Of a stretch of DNA of 64,000 nucleotides, positions 55,759 through 64,000 are shown one piece after another. The position numbers and the translations under genes were made by a program. The notes beneath the pieces were generated by a model that was not told where the DNA came from, made no database searches, and was given only the letters and a program-made list of their open reading frames with translations. Source of the DNA: a virus; the IMG/VR virus record IMGVR_UViG_3300042554_001073; one strand, 5' to 3'. Each line of letters starts with the position of its first letter. Within the stretch, counting starts at the first letter, position 1.

Positions 55759-56466
55759 TTATTCTCCTAATTCAACTCCAGGGGGAAGTCTAAAATGAAA
55801 TCCGAAGGGCATAATACCTTCACACTCAGGAACTCTAACTTCCTGAGAAAATCTAACAGCAACTTCTACTGGAGCATATTTACATCCCTGCTCTAAGAAT
55901 ATGTGTCGATTATGTACACATACATTACCATCCTCGTGGTAATTTACAACTCCTTCTGGCATCCAATAGAAGTCGCTATTGTTTGTTTCCCAAGGAACTT
56001 CAACCTTATTTGGAACATCAAGAAACTTTTTACTTCTCAAAGAAAATCCACCATTACCAACTCGATGATGATTACCAAAAGGATCGATATAAGCGTCTTC
56101 AGCGTATGGCCAAGGAGCACCAATGTAATCATAATTCAACCAATCATTATCCCATTTTTCTGGGAACAAGACAAATCCATCTTGTTGAACTAATAGGCAA
56201 TGAGATGTATCTACATGTTCTCCGAGTTTATAGACAACATAATAGTTGTAATCATTATAACTACTGATTTCAATCTTTGGTTCTTCCAATAAGATACCAT
56301 CGTCCTTGAGAGAATCTTGGTATTGTTCTATATTTTCTGGTGTTGTTATTATCTTAACACTACCATAACTAATACCATTCATACTTGTGTAAACTGCTTG
56401 AATGGTTTCTTCTATTCTATCAGTAGTATCAATTGATATTAAGGTTACTCTATTTAAATCAATCAT
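55759..56466 (-). CDS. DUF5672-like, glycosyltransferase-associated protein
   Basis: LLVQQDGF...YDYIGAPW...VGNGGFSLRS...ED; family name recalled; start moved to ATG 56466. Confidence 0.7.
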   Translation of the reverse strand: MIDLNRVTLISIDTTDRIEETIQAVYTSMNGISYGSVKIITTPENIEQYQDSLKDDGILLEEPKIEISSYNDYNYYVVYKLGEHVDTSHCLLVQQDGFVLFPEKWDNDWLNYDYIGAPWPYAEDAYIDPFGNHHRVGNGGFSLRSKKFLDVPNKVEVPWETNNSDFYWMPEGVVNYHEDGNVCVHNRHIFLEQGCKYAPVEVAVRFSQEVRVPECEGIMPFGFHFRLPPGVELGE

Positions 56467-57760
56467 TAGTAAAGGATTCAACAGTTTTGTCAATATAATC
56501 AATCATCTTTTGATTGATAGTGGGAGAGCATCCAAGGAAGAACACTTTGTCTAGAACTTGGTTTGCTTCTGGATATTTAGTGGCATCATCAAGATGACTA
56601 TATCCAGGATGAAGGAGAATATTACCAGCAAAGTAATTTCTAGTTTGGATTTTATTCTTCTCCAAATAAGCAACCAAAGATCTCTTTAGATTTTTATCAT
56701 CGCAAATAATGGGAACTCCAAACCAACTAGTTTCTGCTCCTTCTCTTTCATTAACAACTCTTACTCCAGGAATTTTTTCTACTATTTCCTGAATGGCATT
56801 TTTATTACTTCTACGAATGTTATGAATTTCCTCAAACTTCAAGAGTTGAACTGAACCAACTGCTCCTTGCATATCCAATGGTTTGAGATTGTATCCCATG
56901 TTAGAAAAGACATACTTATGGTCAACAACATCATCATAACTCTCCAACCAAGTATCAAATCTTTTCCCACATACACCATTCGAAAGAAGATTTTGCTGAC
57001 CTACACAATAACAACCTCTACCCCACCAGGCAAAACTGCGGGCAAGGTCAACAATACCTTTTTCATTGGAAGAAACCATTCCACCTTCAATAGTACAAAT
57101 ATGGTGGGCAGGATAGAAAGAACAAGAAGCAGCAATAGCATGGTCCGTAAGATAGTTTCCATACCACTTGCTACCTAGACTATCACAGTTGTCAGCAATA
57201 ATGGCGATACTATTACGTCTACACAAATCAACAAACTTGTTAATGTCATATGGATTGCCAAGAACAGGCGACGAAATAGCAGCAACAGTTCTGTCAGTAA
57301 TCTTATCTGCGATTTGATCAATATCCCAGTTCAAGTCTTCCCAAACAATGTCAACAAAAACTGGTTTTAGACCACATTGAACAATAGGTGCTACAGTTGT
57401 AGCAAACCCACAAGCACAAACAATAATCTCATCACCATCTTTCCACCCAAAATATTTTTTAAGGGCAGCAAACATTACAAGGTTGGCAGAACTTCCAGAG
57501 TTCACCATCACTGAATGTTTGAAGTTAAATTTGTTTGAGAACTCATGTTCAAACTTATTAACCTTTTCTCCAGAAGAAAGCCACTTTCCTTTTAGAACAG
57601 AATGAATAAGTTCTCTTGCTTCTAGATCATCCCAGTATGGTCCAGAATAATAGACACTATCTTTTCCCGCAACGAATTCTTTTTTATTGGCAATGAATGG
57701 AAAGATATCTCCATCCATTTCTTTTGCGGACTCTATGAATTTGTCAATCAGTTGGTACAT
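56459..57760 (-). CDS. rfbH: RfbH/DdhC-like NDP-4-keto-6-deoxyhexose 3-dehydrase (PLP/PMP-dependent)
   Basis: VNSGSSANL, DNCDSLG, SFYPAHH (His at the usual Lys position), WGRGCYC...CGKRF, DHKY....GYNLK. Confidence 0.8.
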   Translation of the reverse strand: MYQLIDKFIESAKEMDGDIFPFIANKKEFVAGKDSVYYSGPYWDDLEARELIHSVLKGKWLSSGEKVNKFEHEFSNKFNFKHSVMVNSGSSANLVMFAALKKYFGWKDGDEIIVCACGFATTVAPIVQCGLKPVFVDIVWEDLNWDIDQIADKITDRTVAAISSPVLGNPYDINKFVDLCRRNSIAIIADNCDSLGSKWYGNYLTDHAIAASCSFYPAHHICTIEGGMVSSNEKGIVDLARSFAWWGRGCYCVGQQNLLSNGVCGKRFDTWLESYDDVVDHKYVFSNMGYNLKPLDMQGAVGSVQLLKFEEIHNIRRSNKNAIQEIVEKIPGVRVVNEREGAETSWFGVPIICDDKNLKRSLVAYLEKNKIQTRNYFAGNILLHPGYSHLDDATKYPEANQVLDKVFFLGCSPTINQKMIDYIDKTVESFTND

Positions 57761-58575
57761 AATTCTTCAATGATTTTTTCGATGGAGGTTGTTTGCTCAA
57801 ATCCAAGATTCTTTAACTTAGTGGTATCAAACCAAAAATCTTTTGTTTGTACTAGTTTGTGAAACTCAGGTGCTTCTTTATACTTTACTTGAGATGAAGA
57901 GTTTAGATACTCCTTTGCTGTATTGATTATATCACCAATTGTGGTTGGTTGTCCACTACCGACATTATAAATCTCATTTATATTTCCAGTATCACATATA
58001 AGTTTTATTGCTCTACACACATCATCGACATGCATTACATCTCTTATTGGAGTGCCATCATCATACAAATAAACATCTTCATTATTTTTCAATAGACTTA
58101 CCATATAACTTAAAGCATTCTTTTTTGAAGATGCTTTACCGTCACCAACACCAAGCACATTACAAAGTCTTATTATCCTATACTTTACATTATAAGTTTT
58201 ACAAAAGGAGATTAGTAAATCTTCCGCTGCTTTTTTTGTAATTGAATAAAATCCTGTTGGGGAGCAGGAGTATTCTTCTTTTGCTGGTAATTGAGTTTCC
58301 CCGTAAACAAACCAAGAACTAATAAAATTGAAAGTGATGTTAGAATCTCTACAAAAATCCAAAACTTCACAAAGAACCTTGAGGTTGGTTTCGACATCTA
58401 GAGTGATATTTGAATGAACATTATAATTGTCTACTGTTGAAATCAAATATAAAATATTTTTTGTTCTTGGTTTCCTTTCCTCTCTATTTTGCCTCAAAAC
58501 AAAATCTGGGTAGAGATTACAAAATCTACTACCCACAAATCCAGAAGCACCATATACACTAATCATTTCTTCCAA
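57748..58575 (-). CDS. NAD-dependent epimerase/dehydratase
   Basis: GASGFVG, YSITK (YxxxK), RLCNVLG. Confidence 0.85.
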   Translation of the reverse strand: MEEMISVYGASGFVGSRFCNLYPDFVLRQNREERKPRTKNILYLISTVDNYNVHSNITLDVETNLKVLCEVLDFCRDSNITFNFISSWFVYGETQLPAKEEYSCSPTGFYSITKKAAEDLLISFCKTYNVKYRIIRLCNVLGVGDGKASSKKNALSYMVSLLKNNEDVYLYDDGTPIRDVMHVDDVCRAIKLICDTGNINEIYNVGSGQPTTIGDIINTAKEYLNSSSQVKYKEAPEFHKLVQTKDFWFDTTKLKNLGFEQTTSIEKIIEELCTN

Positions 58576-59555
58576 TAATCGTAAATATTTTTTTCTACCT
58601 CATACTCCATAACCTTCACTTTTCGGTTTGGTTGTTTCATTGCCCAAACAAACATCGATTTAATCAACTCTTCAAGATTGGTTTCATCTCTAAAGTCCAG
58701 AATAGTTTTTGCTTTTGTATGATCGCAGTATGCGTGTTTAACTTCATGCCTTGGTTCACCATGCTCTATTGGAACTTCATATCCATACTTCTTCCCAATC
58801 TTCTGAACAACTTCAGCAACTTCATTAAGAGTGAAGTATTTGTCCGCACCAATATTGAATATTTCCCCATCATAATCCGTAAGAAGTTTATCAAATGGTT
58901 CCATATAATATTTAATATCAGAGAAAGCACGAGTCTGTTCTCCATCACCATAAACTAAAATAGGTTCTCCATTCAGAGTTTTGCGAATAAAAATGCCGAT
59001 TACATTGCGATACTTGTCCCAAATGTTTTGATAAATGCCAAGAACGTTATGAGGACGAACAATATTATAACGAAGTCCAAACTGCTCATGAGCGAGTTTC
59101 AAATCACATTCAACAGCATACTTTGCCACACCATAAGGATCCACTGGTTGTGGGCGCTTATCTTCGGTAAATGGAGGTTCTTGTTCTCCATATACTGCCA
59201 TACTTGAAGTAAAGATAAACTTCGTATCGTAATTGATACACTCATTGATTAGGTTGGCAGAACAAATAAGATTGTTTCTATAGTTAAAATTACGAATAAA
59301 GGGGGATAATCCTTCCGCAGCATATGCAGCAAAATGAAGAAGAACATCTGGATTATGTTCTTCAAAAAGTTCAGATACTTTTTTTCTTCGCTCCAAATCA
59401 AATTTAACAAAAGTAAATTTTTCTGCTTTAGGAACAAAAGCTTTATATCCACCCGACAGATCATCAATACCAATCACCTCATGCCCATTGGCTAGGAGAT
59501 GTCGTGTATAGTTTGCGCCAAGTAGTCCAGCGCATCCAGTAACAAATATCTTCAT
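58563..59555 (-). CDS. NAD-dependent epimerase/dehydratase (GalE-like)
   Basis: TGCAGLLG, SSMAVYG, PYGVAK, GDGEQTRAF. Confidence 0.9.
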   Translation of the reverse strand: MKIFVTGCAGLLGANYTRHLLANGHEVIGIDDLSGGYKAFVPKAEKFTFVKFDLERRKKVSELFEEHNPDVLLHFAAYAAEGLSPFIRNFNYRNNLICSANLINECINYDTKFIFTSSMAVYGEQEPPFTEDKRPQPVDPYGVAKYAVECDLKLAHEQFGLRYNIVRPHNVLGIYQNIWDKYRNVIGIFIRKTLNGEPILVYGDGEQTRAFSDIKYYMEPFDKLLTDYDGEIFNIGADKYFTLNEVAEVVQKIGKKYGYEVPIEHGEPRHEVKHAYCDHTKAKTILDFRDETNLEELIKSMFVWAMKQPNRKVKVMEYEVEKNIYDYWKK

Positions 59556-59560
59556 AACTT

Positions 59561-60169
59561 TTACTTTGATAAAATGAAAAATCCATTTCCATATGGATAC
59601 TGATCAATCCATTTTTGTTTGATTGATCCAAGAGAATAAGAAAATCTTTCCAGTCTAAATCCCTGAGACTCAAAAAGATTTATCCACCATTCTTCATCTT
59701 TTTTAGTGACATGAGTGATATCAACTTCATACTCTCTGATTCTAAACCTATCATCATCTCCCAAGGGAACAACAAAGAAAAACTGCGATGCTTTTCTTTT
59801 TAGAGTTTGAAGAACATCTGGTAAGTCAACCTCTTCAACATGCTCAAGAACATCTTTACAAATCAATAGATCATAATGATTATCATTTGGTAGAGAAACA
59901 TAATCTCTAACATTTGGATGACAGTTTTCTACAGCATATTCACTAATGTCCTCACCATAAGCATCACATCCAATAATACGAAGAGCATTAACTAGAAAAC
60001 CTTTAGCACATCCATAATCAACACAACTTTTAAAAGCAAAAGTGTTTTGAATATCTAATGCTTCTGGAATAGACCTAGTAGGTTCCCACTTGTAGTTTTC
60101 ATATCCAGAGATGTGTTTTCTAACACCATCTTCATAATAGTCTTTAGTGAAAAGATGCATATCAAGCAA
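59561..60169 (-). CDS. Class I SAM-dependent methyltransferase
   Basis: VDYGCAKG, GEDISEYA, DVLEHV; start uncertain. Confidence 0.8.
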   Translation of the reverse strand: MLDMHLFTKDYYEDGVRKHISGYENYKWEPTRSIPEALDIQNTFAFKSCVDYGCAKGFLVNALRIIGCDAYGEDISEYAVENCHPNVRDYVSLPNDNHYDLLICKDVLEHVEEVDLPDVLQTLKRKASQFFFVVPLGDDDRFRIREYEVDITHVTKKDEEWWINLFESQGFRLERFSYSLGSIKQKWIDQYPYGNGFFILSK

Positions 60170-61295
60170 AGTCATTATGTTCAGTTTCAGTAAGAATATC
60201 GTCAATCAGTTCATTTTGGATAGCGTACTTACAGTAGTGGCAAGCATGATGTCTAAGAGTTGGTGGCTTATTATAGAATTCTTCTATACCATCAATATCA
60301 CAAACAGCAAACTGAGACTCTGGAACGTAGTTATAGTTATTTTCAATAGACAACTCAGCGGAAGGACATGCATAAATGTACCCATCGGTGAATAGAAATG
60401 GTTTAACCATGTGCATATAGCAGTGGTCATTTCTACGTTCACCTTTAAAGTTAAAGTCTGACAGGAAAGCATACTTTAACTTCCTACCACGATCCTGTTC
60501 GTAGTGCTCAATTACTCCACGAATAGTTTCAATGTCCTTCTCAGTTTCTTTTACATCCTTAATGGCATTAAAAGCGATACGACAAGGAATACCGTTCTCC
60601 TCTACCCAGTCTAACATACGAATGAAGTTTTCGGTAGTCTGGAACTTCTGAGATAGAACTCTCTTATTCTTTACATCAGTCCAATCGCCAGTGATGTTAG
60701 GGTTCTTAGATGTTTCTAGGTTTTCATCCCAAACATAAGCAGCAGATGGTTTACAATTAGTTCCCTCAAATACACTTAGGTCATACTCATAACCTTCATA
60801 GAAACCATACATACCAAGACGAACCCAATCAAATAGTTCTACAATATCTTTTTTGATTGGACGATCTGCCCCAAAGCGAGCACCATTTGTACAAATACCT
60901 AGACTAAATCCAAGGTCTTTGGCATATCTTACAATCTTTTTAAAGTCTGGGTGTATACTTGGTTCCCCACCACCAGTAAACTCAACACCAGTTACTCCAA
61001 TCTTTTTGAAACTATCAAGTGCTTGAAGAACTTTTTCTGTTGGGAGTTTCTCAGAGATGTCTCTGTTAGCAAAGCAACAGAACGAGCAAGTAAGATTGCA
61101 AGCATTCGTCAAGGAAATATGTGCCATCACAGGTGATGGTGGTTTTCCTTGTTGAAGTCCTTCTAGTTTATCTAAATGCTTGAGAAGTTTTGTTGCGTTA
61201 CTACTAAAACTTCTTCCTTGAACTGCGTCATCTTTTTTGACGAAAGTTCCATCATCATTAAAAATATTTGTACCCTTATATGGCAAGACAGTCAT
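60162..61295 (-). CDS. Radical SAM protein with a C-terminal Cys cluster
   Basis: CNLTCSFC (CxxxCxxC), FTGGGEP, CTNG, C...DGYIYAC...CHYC. Confidence 0.88.
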   Translation of the reverse strand: MTVLPYKGTNIFNDDGTFVKKDDAVQGRSFSSNATKLLKHLDKLEGLQQGKPPSPVMAHISLTNACNLTCSFCCFANRDISEKLPTEKVLQALDSFKKIGVTGVEFTGGGEPSIHPDFKKIVRYAKDLGFSLGICTNGARFGADRPIKKDIVELFDWVRLGMYGFYEGYEYDLSVFEGTNCKPSAAYVWDENLETSKNPNITGDWTDVKNKRVLSQKFQTTENFIRMLDWVEENGIPCRIAFNAIKDVKETEKDIETIRGVIEHYEQDRGRKLKYAFLSDFNFKGERRNDHCYMHMVKPFLFTDGYIYACPSAELSIENNYNYVPESQFAVCDIDGIEEFYNKPPTLRHHACHYCKYAIQNELIDDILTETEHNDFA

Positions 61296-61325
61296 TTGTC
61301 AGTCTCCATGATGTTTTTCGCTGAG

Positions 61326-62072
61326 TTATTTATGGTCATGTATATAATCCCTTTCTACTAAGTTTTCATTCCAAATCAAGTAAAACATTCTTTCCATAAT
61401 ATGTGCCTCAGCACAAGTTGGATCGTGTGGAGGAACTGGTTTATAGTTTAGAACACTTTTTAGTTTTTCGTACAAATGTTTACTATACTTTAGAATATTC
61501 TCTTTGGGAACCGCAAAGTTTGAAGCAGGAATGAATTCTATTGTATCTGTTTTTGGTGGGTTAATAAAACACCAATCAAGAAGTTCATGATGACTTGAAA
61601 AGAATCTATCTTCCAAATCATTGTTGTAAGAATAATTACACCAAGCAACTGGTTGAATAAGTCTTCCATTCTGAAGAGTTTCAAGAGGAGTATAGTTTGT
61701 ATGACTATGATCTCCAACCAATAGTTTCTTGTCAACCCAAATACTAAACAACTCAGTTGTATCTAATGCTTGAAAAAACCTTTCCTTTGTTGTGTAGTAG
61801 TTTTCACCTCTAGAAAAAAGATTGCCCTTAACAAAGATCGAAACATCTGGAAGACAATCATAGTTATCTATTATGAAGTTCAATATATCATACTGATTGG
61901 CACCAAAGTTTGGAGACTTTGTTACTTTTCCAAGATGACTATAATCAACTTCAACATCACTTTTATCATAGATGAATGTATTTTCAGAAGAGAATCCATA
62001 AGGATGAGTTTCTTTCAACCATTCTAGATCCCAGTTGTAGTTAGAAACTACTAATGATTTACTATACGTCAT
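61326..62072 (-). CDS. DUF3431-like protein
   Basis: VVSNYNWDLEW, IYDK, FIIDNYDCLP...FVKG, FAVPKENI, HIMER; family name recalled. Confidence 0.6.
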   Translation of the reverse strand: MTYSKSLVVSNYNWDLEWLKETHPYGFSSENTFIYDKSDVEVDYSHLGKVTKSPNFGANQYDILNFIIDNYDCLPDVSIFVKGNLFSRGENYYTTKERFFQALDTTELFSIWVDKKLLVGDHSHTNYTPLETLQNGRLIQPVAWCNYSYNNDLEDRFFSSHHELLDWCFINPPKTDTIEFIPASNFAVPKENILKYSKHLYEKLKSVLNYKPVPPHDPTCAEAHIMERMFYLIWNENLVERDYIHDHK

Positions 62073-63022
62073 TTGTTTCCAGGAAATGGACCTTCACCTT
62101 TTAGGAAAAATCTTTCTTGTTTGAATCTTTCATTATAAAGATTATTCCTTAAACTATATTCTTCATACTCTTTCCAACACTCATCATAAGAAAAAAGATT
62201 TCCTTCTCTATCTTGATACATCCACCCACTATAAATGTTTTGTGGCATGGACCAATATCCATCAGAAACATTATGTCTTGCCCAATATTTTGGAGCAATT
62301 ATATTTTCAATAGTGTCACTAGTGAATACTGGGAAGAATGAGAAACTAGAGTTAGAAAGAATTACATGCTTAGAATTCTTAATTATAGCATAGTCCTTAT
62401 CAACAGTAAAATGATAAGCAGGTATTTCTGGGAGAATAGACTTAGACGCTTCTACATCATCAGTAATTGATACAAATCTCATATTTGGATTTATTTTAAC
62501 CATATTGTTCATGGCATTAATCCAATAGTCTCTGACTAAGAAGAGTACTGGATCATTCCTATACTCACCACCACGAACATTTAAGACACAAACATCATCA
62601 TCAATATATTCATAAGTATCATACTCTTCTTTTACTTTAAGCCACTGTTTTACAAGTTCCTTGTTGTGAATAAAATATCTTTCATCCTGCATATTACCAA
62701 ACATCAATGTGTTGTCTGGAACAGCAACAAGATTCTCATCAAACTTACTGATATGACATCCGTGTGTGCTATCGTGCCAACACGTTTGTAGGAACAATCT
62801 GGTATCTTTTTCATGATAGATATCCAATCCATCAGGAACAGGAGACCCATAATCAAGATCCATCCAATAGAATCCATTCTGATTGTATCGTTTATCTCCA
62901 GACCACCCAGTATCTTTTATTCCAAACTCAAGTCCCCTATCATGAGCGATTGACCTTGTTGTAACATAGCAAAATAGTTGGTTTCCTATTCCCTGACCAT
63001 TTAAAATTTCAGTAGCTAGCAT
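62069..63022 (-). CDS. Glycosyltransferase family 11-like (divergent)
   Basis: GQGIGNQLF, NVRGGEY, ILSNSSFS...APKYW. Confidence 0.7.
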   Translation of the reverse strand: MLATEILNGQGIGNQLFCYVTTRSIAHDRGLEFGIKDTGWSGDKRYNQNGFYWMDLDYGSPVPDGLDIYHEKDTRLFLQTCWHDSTHGCHISKFDENLVAVPDNTLMFGNMQDERYFIHNKELVKQWLKVKEEYDTYEYIDDDVCVLNVRGGEYRNDPVLFLVRDYWINAMNNMVKINPNMRFVSITDDVEASKSILPEIPAYHFTVDKDYAIIKNSKHVILSNSSFSFFPVFTSDTIENIIAPKYWARHNVSDGYWSMPQNIYSGWMYQDREGNLFSYDECWKEYEEYSLRNNLYNERFKQERFFLKGEGPFPGNK

Positions 63023-63026
63023 AGTA

Positions 63027-63908
63027 TCAATATTCTTTGATTAGATTAGCGTACTTATCCAAGTTGTCAAGGATGTATTGGGGGAAAGAATCGTCCATAG
63101 GGAATACTTTATAAGAAGCATATTCTCTACCAAGAGGATCAATATTGTCCTTTACTTTAGATACATTATTTTTAATAGCATCATTGTTCATTTCGGGATG
63201 TGATGAACACTCACACTTTTTAATCAGTCTTTCCTCAACAGTCAGTCCTTCACTACCAACATAACTCCAATGCCATCCACCAGGGAATATCCTAGAGTTC
63301 TTTTCATTTTCATGTTTAGACCTAAGTTGAGATAGTTCATATTTGTCAAGGATAGGTTTCCCAAATACCTTTGTTCCCAACCATCTTGGTCTGTCATTTC
63401 CATAATCAAAGTCTGGGGTCATTGCTCTGAGGATTCCAGTAACTTCAATCAAGTTCAAATAACTAATACAATTTTCCTGAGCAAAGTGATAGATTACATC
63501 TGTCTCAAAAAAAGACTTAAGTTCTGCTACAGCATCTGGATTTGGAACTTCATCAAGATCACCCCAAATGATAGCGTCCTCATCACCAACGTGCTTCAGA
63601 AGAAGTTCTTTTATAGTATCCTTCTGATAAGCGTCTCTCTGTTGTGCTTCAATCTGAGTCCCATACTTTCTACCATATTCTGATAGAAGAGATTTATCAG
63701 CGTCCTCAACAACATTATGAATTATCTTATGATTAAACTTTTCAAACTTATCTTTATTCTCTTGATAGTAGAGAATTTTATCATTACCTTGAAAATCTTT
63801 TGTTCCCTCACTCAGAACAAAAAAGTCTACATAAGGGTCAAGTAAATTCAATCTGATTTCAAGCAGATCTACTTCATTAAAAAATGGAAATACATCAAAT
63901 ACTTTCAT
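63027..63908 (-). CDS. Glycosyltransferase family 17 (GnT-III-like)
   Basis: DVFPFFNEVDLLEIRL..L...VDFFVLSE, QRD, GDLDEVP, GGWHWS. Confidence 0.85.
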   Translation of the reverse strand: MKVFDVFPFFNEVDLLEIRLNLLDPYVDFFVLSEGTKDFQGNDKILYYQENKDKFEKFNHKIIHNVVEDADKSLLSEYGRKYGTQIEAQQRDAYQKDTIKELLLKHVGDEDAIIWGDLDEVPNPDAVAELKSFFETDVIYHFAQENCISYLNLIEVTGILRAMTPDFDYGNDRPRWLGTKVFGKPILDKYELSQLRSKHENEKNSRIFPGGWHWSYVGSEGLTVEERLIKKCECSSHPEMNNDAIKNNVSKVKDNIDPLGREYASYKVFPMDDSFPQYILDNLDKYANLIKEY

Positions 63909-64000
63909 AGTCCTTCCTCATAGCATTAAAAACTTTAGCAATACCCTGGTCAATAGTAGTTTTTGGAGTCCACCATTTAGTAATAAAGGTGTCTGCCATA
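63895..64000 (-). CDS. C-terminal fragment of a probable NAD-dependent epimerase
   Basis: ...WWTPKTTIDQGIAKVFNAMRKDYESI*; the W.P...I..GI ending is typical of extended SDRs; the gene enters from the window edge. Confidence 0.45.
   Translation of the reverse strand, partial: MADTFITKWWTPKTTIDQGIAKVFNAMRKDYESI

Overview
64 kb of a T4-like cyanophage (cyanomyovirus) genome, almost all on the minus strand. 1-9.3 kb: two very large virion/fibre proteins. 9.3-11.3 kb: a Mom-like DNA-modification gene, tRNA-Thr(UGU), tRNA-Leu(UAA) and small ORFs. 11.3-32.4 kb: baseplate/tail module (gp5, gp26, gp51, gp54-like, gp4, gp2, gp48, gp53, two tape-measure-like proteins) with cp12 embedded. 32.4-41 kb: gp32, gp59, gp33, exonuclease, phoH, thyX, speD, glutaredoxin. 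41.9-50.8 kb: psbD, psbA, a lysis locus, peroxiredoxin, two hli, petF, pstS and a Som-type porin. 50.9-64 kb: a cluster of about 15 glycosyltransferase and nucleotide-sugar genes. Strongest unexplained signals: (1) a probable programmed -1 frameshift (A_AAA_AAG plus an H-type pseudoknot) fusing a C39-like peptidase to a start-less GH24 lysozyme; (2) a second -1 site (T_TTT_TTC plus hairpin) joining gp26 to gp51 just upstream of the tape-measure-like genes, like lambda gpG/gpGT; (3) a candidate nitrogen-sensing module (NtcA box, sigma70 promoter, tandem glnA-type glutamine aptamers, four micro-ORFs led by a DUF4278-like protein); (4) a HiPIP-like [4Fe-4S] protein with a possible capsid-targeting N-terminus. 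All family assignments come from reading motifs by eye; no database searches were run.
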